Origin: a virus
Taxonomy: Duplodnaviria > Caudoviricetes
IMG/VR virus record: IMGVR_UViG_3300021085_001452
Span: 1 to 54,642 of that record
DNA length: 54,642 bases
Direction: 5' to 3' (one strand)
Shown here one piece after another: positions 9,035-18,000 of the stretch (position 1 is the stretch's first letter; each line of letters starts with the position of its first letter). The position numbers were made by a program, and so were the translations under genes. The notes below the pieces were generated by a model that saw only the letters and a program-made list of their open reading frames with translations, was not told the origin of the DNA and ran no database searches.

Positions 9035-10212
9035 GGGATATTACAGTAGTAGGTGCAGGATATGTTGGTATGGCCAATGCAACGATGTTGGGTCAACAAA
9101 ATGTTGTTAAGATATTAGAGTTAGATAAAGAAAAAGTAGAGCTAATCAATAACCAAGTATCACCAATTATAGATCCAGAAATTTCTGATATGTTAAAGAG
9201 TGTGGGATTAGTTGCCACTACATCTGCAGATGAGGCATATACAGATCAACCAGAGATCGTGTTAATTGCAACTCCAACTGATTATGATCCAGAATCAGAT
9301 TCCTTTAATACTAAGTCAGTAGAATATGTTATTGGCGATGTAGTAAGAAGAAACTTTAAACCTACTATTATAATTAAGTCAACGATACCTGTAGGCTTTG
9401 TTGATGAAATGAGAGAGAAATACCAATACGAAAATATTATATTCTCGCCAGAGTTTTTAAGAGAGGGAAGAGCACTTAGAGATGCATTAAGACCCACAAG
9501 GATTGTTATAGGTGATAAGACTGATGAGGCAGAAGAATTTGCCAATGTATTAAAAGAATGTATTATACCAAACTTTCCAGAGGCACCAGTGATATATACA
9601 GGAACTAAAGAGGCAGAGGCAATTAAATTATTTGCAAATGGATATCTTGCAATGAGAGTAGCCTTTTTTAATGAGCTGGATATGTATGCAGAAAGATTTG
9701 GACTTAGTCCCCGTGATATTATAGAAGGTGTGGGCTATGATGAAAGAATTGGCAGACACTATAATAATCCTTCATTTGGTTATGGCGGTTATTGTTTTCC
9801 CAAAGATACAAAACAATTAAAAGCACTCTACACTAAAGGTAATATACCTAACAATATTATATCATCAATAGTTGATTCTAACGATACTAGAATGGATTGG
9901 GTAACTCGAAGAGTATTATATAAACGACCTAAAACAGTAGGTATCTATAGGCTGATTATGAAGTCTGGTTCAGATAACTTTAGAAGTTCTGCAATACAAG
10001 GTGTTATAGAAAGATTAAAGAAGAGAACAAATGTAATTATTTACGAGCCAGAGTTCTGTGATTTTACCACTAAGATTATGGATTGTGATTTAGTACATAA
10101 TATCAATGAGTTTAAAAGAAAATCAGATGTGATTATTACCAATAGAATGGAATCTGAGCTCTTAGATGTTTATGATAAAGTTTATACGCGAGATGTATTT
10201 AATAATAATTAA
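9031..10212 (+). CDS. ugd: UDP-glucose 6-dehydrogenase
   Basis: GAGYVG, IATPT, KSTIPVG, SPEFLREG, GYGGYCFPKD, MKSGSDNFR. Confidence 0.93.
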   Translation: MRDITVVGAGYVGMANATMLGQQNVVKILELDKEKVELINNQVSPIIDPEISDMLKSVGLVATTSADEAYTDQPEIVLIATPTDYDPESDSFNTKSVEYVIGDVVRRNFKPTIIIKSTIPVGFVDEMREKYQYENIIFSPEFLREGRALRDALRPTRIVIGDKTDEAEEFANVLKECIIPNFPEAPVIYTGTKEAEAIKLFANGYLAMRVAFFNELDMYAERFGLSPRDIIEGVGYDERIGRHYNNPSFGYGGYCFPKDTKQLKALYTKGNIPNNIISSIVDSNDTRMDWVTRRVLYKRPKTVGIYRLIMKSGSDNFRSSAIQGVIERLKKRTNVIIYEPEFCDFTTKIMDCDLVHNINEFKRKSDVIITNRMESELLDVYDKVYTRDVFNNN

Positions 10213-10221
10213 CAAAAACAC

Positions 10222-10250
10222 TTTACATTTATATAAAAGTGTAGTATAAT
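10222..10250 (+). promoter_or_regulatory. sigma70-type early promoter
   Basis: TTTACA-N17-TATAAT. Confidence 0.8.
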
Positions 10251-10273
10251 ATACCTATTAGAACGAGAAGTTT

Positions 10274-11125
10274 ATGAAAGAAAATATATTAGTAACAGGT
10301 GGAGAAGGATTCATAGGCTCTAACCTCATTAAAAGATTATTAGAACAAGGCCACAAAGTGGTATCCATGGATAATCACCATTCAAATAAAAATACAAATA
10401 AACATGATGGGTGTACATACTATTATGGAGATGCATTTGATCTTTTCAGCACCCTTGGCAATCATACCCCATTTGATTATATATTTCACTTCGGTGAATA
10501 TGCAAGAGTAGAACAATCGTTTGAAGATTATGATTTAGTTATGGACTATAACTTAATGCAGTTTCCAGAAGTATTAAGATTTGCAACACACAATGATGCA
10601 AAACTTATTTACTCTGGTTCATCAACTAAGTTTGCTAATAATACATCTGCTGCAAGTCCGTATGCATATACCAAAGCACAAAACACAGAATTACTTACTA
10701 ATTATTCAGAATGGTTTGGCCTAGATCATACCATAGTATACTTCTATAACGCCTATGGTAATAACGAAATAGATAGAGGCAAATATGCCACAGTAGTAGG
10801 TAAGTTTCTAAGAATGGTAAAAGAAGGTGCAACAGAATTACCAGTAACAGGTACAGGAAAGCAGTTAAGAAACTTTACTCACGTTGATGATATTGTAGAA
10901 GGCATTCTACTTGCAGGTTTTAAAGGATATGGAGATAACTATGGTATCGGTTCAGATGAACAACATTCAATACTTGATCTAATATCTTACCTAGGTGCAA
11001 CACCTATATTTAAAGAAGACAAAGCCGGTAATAGAAAAAATGGCAAATTAGTTACAGATAGAACAAAGGCCTTAGGGTGGAAACCTAAGAGAAGTTTAAA
11101 AACATATATAGAGGAAACCTTATGA
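10274..11125 (+). CDS. NAD-dependent nucleotide-sugar epimerase/dehydratase (extended SDR)
   Basis: VTGGEGFIGS, YAYTK (YxxxK), RNFTHVDD. Confidence 0.88.
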   Translation: MKENILVTGGEGFIGSNLIKRLLEQGHKVVSMDNHHSNKNTNKHDGCTYYYGDAFDLFSTLGNHTPFDYIFHFGEYARVEQSFEDYDLVMDYNLMQFPEVLRFATHNDAKLIYSGSSTKFANNTSAASPYAYTKAQNTELLTNYSEWFGLDHTIVYFYNAYGNNEIDRGKYATVVGKFLRMVKEGATELPVTGTGKQLRNFTHVDDIVEGILLAGFKGYGDNYGIGSDEQHSILDLISYLGATPIFKEDKAGNRKNGKLVTDRTKALGWKPKRSLKTYIEETL

Positions 11126-11640
11126 ATAGTCCAGACTATGGAAAAATATCTTTATGGATTGCAGCACTAGTAGTTGCAGTTCTATTAATACCACAAGTTG
11201 CCGCAACACAAAATGATGATGAATACTCACAAGCAAGATTTTGTTTAGCACAGAACATTTATTTTGAATCAGCCAACCAGCCCTTTGCAGGTAGAGTTGC
11301 AGTTGCCAATGTAGTATTAAATAGGGTAGAAGATTTACAATTTCCTAACGAAGTATGTGATGTAGTATATCAAGCAAAATTAAGAGAGAATTGGAAAGGT
11401 AATATGGTTCCTATTAGAAATAAATGCCAGTTTAGTTGGTATTGTGATGGTAAGTCAGATGAACCAACCGACTCAGTTACATGGATGCAATCACTTAGAA
11501 TTGCACATTTAGTATTAGAGGGAGAAGTACCTGATTTAACCGAAGGAGCTTTGTATTATCATGCAGACTTTGTTTCACCATATTGGGCTCCATACTTAAC
11601 TAGAGTTGTTACTATTGACAACCACATTTTTTATAAATAG
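11122..11640 (+). CDS. Cell wall hydrolase (SleB/Hydrolase_2)
   Basis: N-terminal hydrophobic segment; CLAQNIYFE, VANVVLNRV, CQFSW, GALYYHA, HIFYK. Confidence 0.88.
   Translation: MNSPDYGKISLWIAALVVAVLLIPQVAATQNDDEYSQARFCLAQNIYFESANQPFAGRVAVANVVLNRVEDLQFPNEVCDVVYQAKLRENWKGNMVPIRNKCQFSWYCDGKSDEPTDSVTWMQSLRIAHLVLEGEVPDLTEGALYYHADFVSPYWAPYLTRVVTIDNHIFYK
11632..11639 (+). promoter_or_regulatory. T4-type late promoter
   Basis: TATAAATA at the gene junction. Confidence 0.5.
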
Positions 11641-11648
11641 GATATATT

Positions 11649-11894
11649 ATGCAAAAGAAAGAATACCAAGACCAATACGAATCAGTGTGCCAAGTTACAT
11701 GCACTGATAATGGAAAATCAATGGAAGTTGATGTAGCAAACTTTAGACCAAAAGACTTATGTAAGATATTGGTTGAAGGTAAAATTGAAGTTTATCTTAG
11801 ATATAATAAGAAACACGATCAGTATGTTGGTTCAAAGGCTGGTATGGAATTTATAACCAAAGGCCCAGAATATATGGGGTCTTTTAGATATTAG
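11649..11894 (+). CDS. Hypothetical protein
   Basis: 81-aa ORF tiling the operon. Confidence 0.65.
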   Translation: MQKKEYQDQYESVCQVTCTDNGKSMEVDVANFRPKDLCKILVEGKIEVYLRYNKKHDQYVGSKAGMEFITKGPEYMGSFRY

Positions 11895-11902
11895 GAGGAA
11901 AT

Positions 11903-12331
11903 ATGTATCAGTATAAAGCGTATGTGGTAAGAGTAGTAGACGGAGACACAATTGATGTAGATGTTGATTTAGGTTTTGGAATGACTTATAAGAAGCAAAG
12001 AGTTAGAATGGTAGGAATAGATACACCCGAATCAAGAACAAGAGATTTAGAAGAAAAGTTTTTTGGAAAGGCTTCTAAGGCTCATCTTAAAAAACTATTA
12101 GAAGAAAATGATAATAAAGTTTATTTAACATCACATGATAAAGGTAAGTTTGGCCGTATTTTAGGTGACTTACGATTATCACCTAATGATGTAGAAACTG
12201 TTAATCAAATAATGATTAAAGATTTTCATGCTGTTGAATATTACGGCGGGAATAAAGAGCTAACTGAAAAGGCTCATTTGGAGAATAGAGTAGCACTTGG
12301 ACTTAAAGGGCTAGTTTATGGTAATGATTAA
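11903..12331 (+). CDS. Thermonuclease (SNase)-like nuclease
   Basis: RVVDGDT, RVRMVGIDTPE, GKFGRILG. Confidence 0.85.
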   Translation: MYQYKAYVVRVVDGDTIDVDVDLGFGMTYKKQRVRMVGIDTPESRTRDLEEKFFGKASKAHLKKLLEENDNKVYLTSHDKGKFGRILGDLRLSPNDVETVNQIMIKDFHAVEYYGGNKELTEKAHLENRVALGLKGLVYGND

Positions 12332-12351
12332 TTATATTATGGAGAAAAAAT

Positions 12352-13020
12352 ATGGCTTATCCTAAAGCATTTATGGAAACACTTGGTCAATATGTATACG
12401 CATATTACCCCGAAGGACTTGATAAACAACCTGAGTATGTAGGTAAAGGGGTAGATACCCGTTGTCTATCTCACGTTAAAGATAAAGATCAAGACCCGGC
12501 AAACCTTTACATCATGGGTAGAAACTTGGAAAAATATGCCAAGTCAACCCCCTCGGAAGACATTGCATCTTTTGCCGCAGAGGCAGCAATCATTGCAATT
12601 ACGAATCCTAAGTTAAATAGTGTTTCAGGCAGATATGGAAAGTTATGGAATCCTACTAGATTGGATGATCTATATACAGAATGGAAAAAAGAACAAATTA
12701 ATCCAGTAAAAGAATCAATGAGATTTTATAACGACCACCCCGAAATACAAGACCATGTTAAAGGTATGTGGGTAACTGGTAAAACATTTGTATTTACTCA
12801 ATCAACAGTCGATGGAATTGAATATTTATTATATGTTACTCCAGAAGTAGATACATTTATTCCATTGGTAAAGGTAAAGTTTAGTGCAAAGAATAGAGAC
12901 GAGCTAAGAGATCAGTGGGTACAAGATAATGAAAAAGATTATGAACTAACTGCTGACGGAGAAATGATAAACGTAAACGGATTATCTGTAGAACAAGCAA
13001 TAGAACTTTGGTTATCATGA
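12352..13020 (+). CDS. GIY-YIG (LEM-3-like) domain protein
   Basis: YVYAY...YVGKG..R..SH, downstream E and N residues. Confidence 0.55.
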   Translation: MAYPKAFMETLGQYVYAYYPEGLDKQPEYVGKGVDTRCLSHVKDKDQDPANLYIMGRNLEKYAKSTPSEDIASFAAEAAIIAITNPKLNSVSGRYGKLWNPTRLDDLYTEWKKEQINPVKESMRFYNDHPEIQDHVKGMWVTGKTFVFTQSTVDGIEYLLYVTPEVDTFIPLVKVKFSAKNRDELRDQWVQDNEKDYELTADGEMINVNGLSVEQAIELWLS

Positions 13021-13439
13021 GAGTAGGAATTACAGCATCAACATTTGACTTGCTACATGCAGGTCATTGTGCTATGTTAAGAGAAGCAAAAACACAATGT
13101 GATTATCTTATCTGTGCACTACAGAATGATCCATCAGTTGATAGACTAGAGAAGAATAAACCAGTTCAGAATATAGTAGAAAGACAAGCACAACTCGCCG
13201 CTATTAAATATGTGGATGAAATCCTAGTATATAATACAGAAGAAGAGTTGCTAGATATTTTAGGAATGTATGATATTAATGTCAAGATTATGGGAGAAGA
13301 GTATAGAGACAAAGACTTCACCGGCAGAGATTTATGCAAACAAAGAGATATTGATTTCTATTTCAATAAGCGAGATCATCGCTTTTCAACTACAAATTTA
13401 CGCAAAAGAATTAAAGAAAACACTTTACATTCTAAGTGA
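13017..13439 (+). CDS. TagD-like cytidylyltransferase
   Basis: STFDLLHAGH (HxGH), YVDE, RDHRFSTT. Confidence 0.85.
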   Translation: MRVGITASTFDLLHAGHCAMLREAKTQCDYLICALQNDPSVDRLEKNKPVQNIVERQAQLAAIKYVDEILVYNTEEELLDILGMYDINVKIMGEEYRDKDFTGRDLCKQRDIDFYFNKRDHRFSTTNLRKRIKENTLHSK

Positions 13440-13452
13440 TTTGTAGTATAAT
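13424..13452 (+). promoter_or_regulatory. sigma70-type early promoter
   Basis: TTTACA-N17-TATAAT upstream of rpsU. Confidence 0.8.
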
Positions 13453-13479
13453 ATACTTAATATTTAAACAGGAGAAAAT

Positions 13480-13749
13480 ATGCCATCAATAGATTTAAGA
13501 CCTAGGAAACCAAGAAACCCTAGGGATAAACGACCACAGAAACCAATGCCGTTTGATGTAGCCCTAAGAAAATTTAGAAAGGCTGTCGAACGTGCTGGTA
13601 CTCTGCAAGATGTACGCAGAAAGGAGTTCTATGAAAAACCTACTGCAAAACGTAAACGTAAAAAGGCCGAAGCCGTCGCAAGGTGGAGAAAAAAAGAAAG
13701 GGCCATCATGCAACAATTAGGGACGGGTAGTTCCAGGAGAAAAAGATAA
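13480..13749 (+). CDS. rpsU: Ribosomal protein bS21
   Basis: [11 protein letters not shown]...[20 protein letters not shown]; AGGAG RBS. Confidence 0.9.
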   Translation: MPSIDLRPRKPRNPRDKRPQKPMPFDVALRKFRKAVERAGTLQDVRRKEFYEKPTAKRKRKKAEAVARWRKKERAIMQQLGTGSSRRKR

Positions 13750-14804
13750 TGTCAATAATGGATAAATTAAAAAAGAATTCGAAGATTAAGACAACATCAG
13801 TCTTATCTAAATCGATTTTCTTTACAGAAAAAGATATGGTACCAACAGAAGTACCTATGGTAAATGTCGCCTTATCGGGTGATATTGAAGGTGGTCTTAC
13901 CTCAGGCCTAACTGTATTGGCAGGGCCAAGTAAACACTTTAAGACAAGTTTTGCTTTACTTATGGCTGGTGCCTATATGAAAGAACACGAAGACGCAGTA
14001 ATGTTATTCTATGATTCCGAGTTCGGTTCACCTCAATCGTATTTCGAGGCATTTGGTATTGATACTGATAGAGTATTACATACACCAATTACAGATGTAG
14101 AACAACTCAAGTTTGATTTAGTAGGTCAGTTAGATAATATCGAGCGTGGTGATAAAGTAATCATTGTGATTGATTCTATTGGTAACCTTGCGTCTAAGAA
14201 AGAACTAGAAGATGCCTTAAATGAAAAAGGTGTTGCTGATATGTCTAGGGCTAAGGCTTTAAAAGGACTTTTCAGAATGGTTACTCCATATCTTACTATG
14301 AAAAATGTGCCATTACTTGCAGTTAATCATACTTATCAAGAGATTGGATTATTCCCTAAAGCTATCGTATCAGGTGGTACTGGTATTTACTACTCAGCTG
14401 ATAACATTTGGATTCTAGGCCGTAGACAAAATAAAACTGGCAGTGATGTTACAGGTTATGACTTTATTATTAATGTAGAGAAGTCAAGATTTGTAAAAGA
14501 GAAATCAAAGATTCCAGTATCAGTATCATGGGAAGGTGGCATCGAACAGTATTCAGGCCTACTAGAAATTGCCTTGGCTGGTAACTATGTGGTTAAACCA
14601 ACTATGGGTTGGTATGCCAGAGTAGATCAAGCAACAGGTGAAGTAGTACAACCTAAAGTAAGACAGAAAGATACACTTACTAAAGAATTCTGGGAACCTA
14701 TCTTAACAGGTACAGATTTTGCAAAGTTCATTAAGTCTTACTATCAGATCGGCCACAAACCTTTATTAGAAATTGATTTAGAAACCACTTTACAGGAAGA
14801 GTAA
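13749..14804 (+). CDS. uvsX: RecA-like recombinase
   Basis: AGPSKHFKT, YDSEFG, IDSIGNLAS, DMSRAK, VNHTY. Confidence 0.95.
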   Translation: MSIMDKLKKNSKIKTTSVLSKSIFFTEKDMVPTEVPMVNVALSGDIEGGLTSGLTVLAGPSKHFKTSFALLMAGAYMKEHEDAVMLFYDSEFGSPQSYFEAFGIDTDRVLHTPITDVEQLKFDLVGQLDNIERGDKVIIVIDSIGNLASKKELEDALNEKGVADMSRAKALKGLFRMVTPYLTMKNVPLLAVNHTYQEIGLFPKAIVSGGTGIYYSADNIWILGRRQNKTGSDVTGYDFIINVEKSRFVKEKSKIPVSVSWEGGIEQYSGLLEIALAGNYVVKPTMGWYARVDQATGEVVQPKVRQKDTLTKEFWEPILTGTDFAKFIKSYYQIGHKPLLEIDLETTLQEE

Positions 14805-14817
14805 AATGGAGTATAAT
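14789..14817 (+). promoter_or_regulatory. sigma70-type promoter embedded across the uvsX stop and next start
   Basis: TTTACA-N17-TATAAT. Confidence 0.6.
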
Positions 14818-15171
14818 ATATCTAGTATATCCGATAAAGATTATACACTAGTTGAAAATGATGCAGGAGAACTTGCTGACTTCTATGGAATAAGATTAAA
14901 AACTGGTAAATGGAAAAATGTAGTATTTGTTTACGGAAAAGTTTCCGTGAGAGAAGATAAGAATGCAGGTTCTGCAACACTTTCATTTAATTATACTATT
15001 CAAGATCCAGTTGATTATGATATAGAGAAGTTAGAAAAGGATCCTGATTTTAATAATTACTTGGGTGCTCTGTTACAACATATTATTTCAGATAACCTAG
15101 AAAATAAAGAGGCACAAATTGGACATAAAACACCAACTACCGACACACATACTGAGCAACTTACTCAATAA
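14806..15171 (+). CDS. Hypothetical protein in the T4 gp40 position
   Basis: Lies between uvsX and gp41; YGKV motif; function by synteny only. Confidence 0.6.
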   Translation: MEYNISSISDKDYTLVENDAGELADFYGIRLKTGKWKNVVFVYGKVSVREDKNAGSATLSFNYTIQDPVDYDIEKLEKDPDFNNYLGALLQHIISDNLENKEAQIGHKTPTTDTHTEQLTQ

Positions 15172-16510
15172 CGAAAGTTATTGCAGACGAGTTATTCCGT
15201 ATATTAAGCCTGAATACTTTGAAGGTGAACACAGAACTGTATTCGGTCTAATTACAGCATTCGTTGGTAAACATAATAAGTTACCTACTTCAAGTATATT
15301 AGAATTGGAACTAAGAAAGATAGATGCTCATGATGATTTACTAAATAACGCATCTCAGTTGGTAAAAGTCCTACAGAAAGAAGAAGTAATAGATACTGAT
15401 TATCTTATTAAAGAATCAGAAAAATGGTGCAGAGACAGAGCAGTATATCTAGCTATCATGGATTCTATTGGTATCATTGATGGCAAAGATACTAGTAAGA
15501 CCGATGGTGCTATACCAGAGATACTATCGAATGCTCTAGGAGTTTCATTTGATCAAGCTATTGGTCATGATTATATTGATAATTCAGATGAAAGATTTGA
15601 TTTCTATAATACGAAAGAAGATAGAACTCCATTTGATTTAGATTACTTTAATAAGATCACTAAAGGTGGCTTACCAAATAAAACACTTAATATTGCCTTG
15701 GCAGGAACAGGTGTTGGTAAGTCTCTCTTTATGTGTCATTGTGCCGCATCGGTATTACAACAGGGCAAGAATGTACTTTACATCACCATGGAAATGGCTG
15801 AAGAAAGAATTGCAGAACGTATCGATGCTAATCTAATGGACTTACCAATAGAACAACTCGCCAGAATTAATAAATCAACTTTCGATAGTAAAATACAAAA
15901 GATTGCACAAGCATCTATAGGTAAACTTATTATTAAAGAATACCCTACAGGTGCAGCACATACAGGTCACTTTAGAGCATTACTTAATGAGCTAAAGATG
16001 AAAAAGAACTTTAACCCAGATATGATATACATTGACTACTTGAATATTTGTTCATCAAGTCGTATGAAAGGGCTGGGTGGAAGTATAAATAGTTACTCTT
16101 ACATCAAAGCCATTGCAGAAGAATTGCGTGGTCTTGCTGTAGAGTTTAATGTTCCGATAGTATCGGCAACTCAAACTACCAGATCAGGATTTGGTAATAC
16201 AGATGTCGGTCTTGAAGACACATCAGAATCATTCGGGCTTCCAGCCACGGCTGATCTTATGTTTGCTCTAATATCAACAGAGGAGCTAGAAGATTTAGGC
16301 CAACTTATGGTAAAACAATTGAAAAATCGTTACAATGATCCGACCAGATACAAGAGATTTGTGGTCGGTATAGATAGAAGTCGGATGAAACTTTTTGATG
16401 TAGAAGAAAGCGCACAACAGGACTTAGTCGCCGATAGTGTGCCAGATAAACCAATAGCAACGTGGGGCGACCGAGAGAACAAAGACACGTTTGCTGAATT
16501 TAAAATATAG
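15119..16510 (+). CDS. gp41: Replicative DNA helicase (DnaB-like)
   Basis: AGTGVGKS, ITMEMAEE, IDYLNI, SATQTTR, KQLKNRY; TTG start. Confidence 0.95.
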   Translation: MDIKHQLPTHILSNLLNNESYCRRVIPYIKPEYFEGEHRTVFGLITAFVGKHNKLPTSSILELELRKIDAHDDLLNNASQLVKVLQKEEVIDTDYLIKESEKWCRDRAVYLAIMDSIGIIDGKDTSKTDGAIPEILSNALGVSFDQAIGHDYIDNSDERFDFYNTKEDRTPFDLDYFNKITKGGLPNKTLNIALAGTGVGKSLFMCHCAASVLQQGKNVLYITMEMAEERIAERIDANLMDLPIEQLARINKSTFDSKIQKIAQASIGKLIIKEYPTGAAHTGHFRALLNELKMKKNFNPDMIYIDYLNICSSSRMKGLGGSINSYSYIKAIAEELRGLAVEFNVPIVSATQTTRSGFGNTDVGLEDTSESFGLPATADLMFALISTEELEDLGQLMVKQLKNRYNDPTRYKRFVVGIDRSRMKLFDVEESAQQDLVADSVPDKPIATWGDRENKDTFAEFKI

Positions 16511-16519
16511 GAGAAATAT

Positions 16520-16699
16520 ATGAATATGTTACTAAAAGCTAAAGATTGGACACTAGCTAGACTAAAAGAAAGAACATCACTAGATGGTGTTGCACTAATT
16601 GGAGTATGTGGTTCAGTCATTTTATTTGGCGGACTTGCCAAGTTACTGGCCTGGGTTGGATTACTTTGGGGTCTATACACATTGGTAAAAAGTGACTAA
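16520..16699 (+). CDS. Small two-TM membrane protein (59 aa), below ORF-track cutoff
   Basis: MNMLLKAKDWTLARLKERTSLDGVALIGVCGSVILFGGLAKLLAWVGLLWGLYTLVKSD*; AGGAG RBS. Confidence 0.7.
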   Translation: MNMLLKAKDWTLARLKERTSLDGVALIGVCGSVILFGGLAKLLAWVGLLWGLYTLVKSD

Positions 16700-16704
16700 T
16701 ATAT

Positions 16705-17364
16705 ATGTTTGATGTGAAACTTATATCATATTCGCAGCCACCTGCAGAGGTTGAGTTAAATCCCGATCTCTTGCAGATGGTTGCTTATTGTGCTAGGGTA
16801 AGTAATCCTAGTAATCAAAACAATGAAGAAACTTCCGAGAAGCTCGTAAAGTATTTAATTAAACATAAACACTGGAGCCCATTAGAAATGGTAAGTGTAT
16901 GTATGGAAGTAAATACTACCAGAGATATCGCAAGACAAATTCTTCGCCACAGGTCTTTTTCTTTTCAAGAATTTTCACAACGATACGCAGATCCTACTCA
17001 GGATTTAGATTTCGTTACAAGAGAAGCAAGACTACAAGATACAAAGAATAGACAAAATTCTATTGATATACCATTAGAAGATTCAATTAATTATATTTGG
17101 GAATCATACCAAGAAGTGATTATTGAAAGATGTAAGAAAGCATATGATTGGGCAATAGAAGCAGGAATTGCAAAGGAACAGGCCAGGGCAGTATTACCTG
17201 AAGGTCTGACAATGTCCCGTATGTATGTAAATGGAACTCTTCGCTCTTGGATTCATTATATAGAATTAAGAAGCGCAAATGGCACTCAGAAAGAACATAT
17301 GGATATTGCAAAAGCAATTGGCGATATCATCTATAAAATCTTTCCAGTTGATGATGTTATATAA
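16705..17364 (+). CDS. thyX: Flavin-dependent thymidylate synthase
   Basis: HWSPLE, RQILRHRSFSFQEFSQRY, ARAVLP. Confidence 0.95.
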   Translation: MFDVKLISYSQPPAEVELNPDLLQMVAYCARVSNPSNQNNEETSEKLVKYLIKHKHWSPLEMVSVCMEVNTTRDIARQILRHRSFSFQEFSQRYADPTQDLDFVTREARLQDTKNRQNSIDIPLEDSINYIWESYQEVIIERCKKAYDWAIEAGIAKEQARAVLPEGLTMSRMYVNGTLRSWIHYIELRSANGTQKEHMDIAKAIGDIIYKIFPVDDVI

Positions 17365-17440
17365 GGGGCTGTAGCGCAGTAGGGAGAGCGTCTGGTTTGC
17401 AACCAGAAGGTCGGGGGTTCGATTCCCTCCAGCTCCACCA
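17365..17440 (+). tRNA. tRNA-Ala (TGC)
   Basis: Acceptor GGGGCTG/CAGCTCC with G3:U70, anticodon arm TCTGG-TTTGCAA-CCAGA, GTTCGATTC T-loop, encoded CCA. Confidence 0.96.
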
Positions 17441-17454
17441 TTCTTATAACTAAA

Positions 17455-17483
17455 TGTTACAAGAATGTAACACAATTGTAACA
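17455..17483. repeat. 3 x TGTWACA at 11-bp period (operator-like)
   Basis: TGTTACA 17455, TGTAACA 17466, TGTAACA 17477. Confidence 0.8.
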
Positions 17484-17502
17484 AAAAAGTTTAAGAAACC
17501 TC

Positions 17503-17531
17503 TTTACAAGCACCATTATGCGTAGTATAAT
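17503..17531 (+). promoter_or_regulatory. sigma70-type early promoter
   Basis: TTTACA-N17-TATAAT. Confidence 0.8.
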
Positions 17532-17563
17532 AGTAGTATAAATTAATTAAGAGGAACTACATT

Positions 17564-17911
17564 ATGAAAAACCATCCATTTATTTCTAACAACATTCAAG
17601 AATTTGGTAATTACCTAACAAAGATCAAGGCAGATTACCACAGATGGCAAGATAGGGCTGACGGTTGTACTAAAGTTAAAGATGCAATGTTTGATGACTT
17701 TTGTGAAAACCTAAACTATAAATGTGGTAAGAAATACATGAAGGTTATGAACGGTCATTCAGTTCACTCTTTTATAGTATTGGAAGATGAAGGTAAGTTT
17801 AAGGCTGGAGACATTTTAAAACCAGCATCTTGGGCCACTCCGGCTAAAAACTTTGCGAGAGGAAACATTTTAGATCCTAATGTAAGAGTAGCGTGGACTT
17901 CAGCCCACTAA
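17564..17911 (+). CDS. Conserved phage early hypothetical protein
   Basis: GKKYMK..SVHSF..GDILKPASWATPAKN.ARGNI; own promoter and RBS. Confidence 0.75.
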   Translation: MKNHPFISNNIQEFGNYLTKIKADYHRWQDRADGCTKVKDAMFDDFCENLNYKCGKKYMKVMNGHSVHSFIVLEDEGKFKAGDILKPASWATPAKNFARGNILDPNVRVAWTSAH

Positions 17912-17968
17912 AAAAAATGAAAAAAAATGAAAAAAACACTTTACAGCCGAAGAAAAACCAGTTATAAT
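17910..17968 (+). promoter_or_regulatory. Early promoter with phased A-tract UP element
   Basis: A8-TG-A8-TG-A7-CAC then TTTACA(17940)-N17-TATAAT; first 36 bp identical to 53720-53755. Confidence 0.8.
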
Positions 17969-18000
17969 AGTATAGTAAATTAAATTAAAGGAGTTACATT

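Noticed and set aside
16084-16091. TATAAATA inside gp41 (also 1201 inside gp62) as late promoters
   Set aside because: Within coding sequence of AT-rich DNA where chance matches are expected; not supportable without TSS data.
17365-17440. tRNA as a prophage attachment site
   Set aside because: No integrase or duplicated tRNA 3' end seen; both flanks are phage-like.
17266-17484. 72-aa minus-strand ORF
   Set aside because: Antisense reading of tRNA-Ala and the end of thyX.
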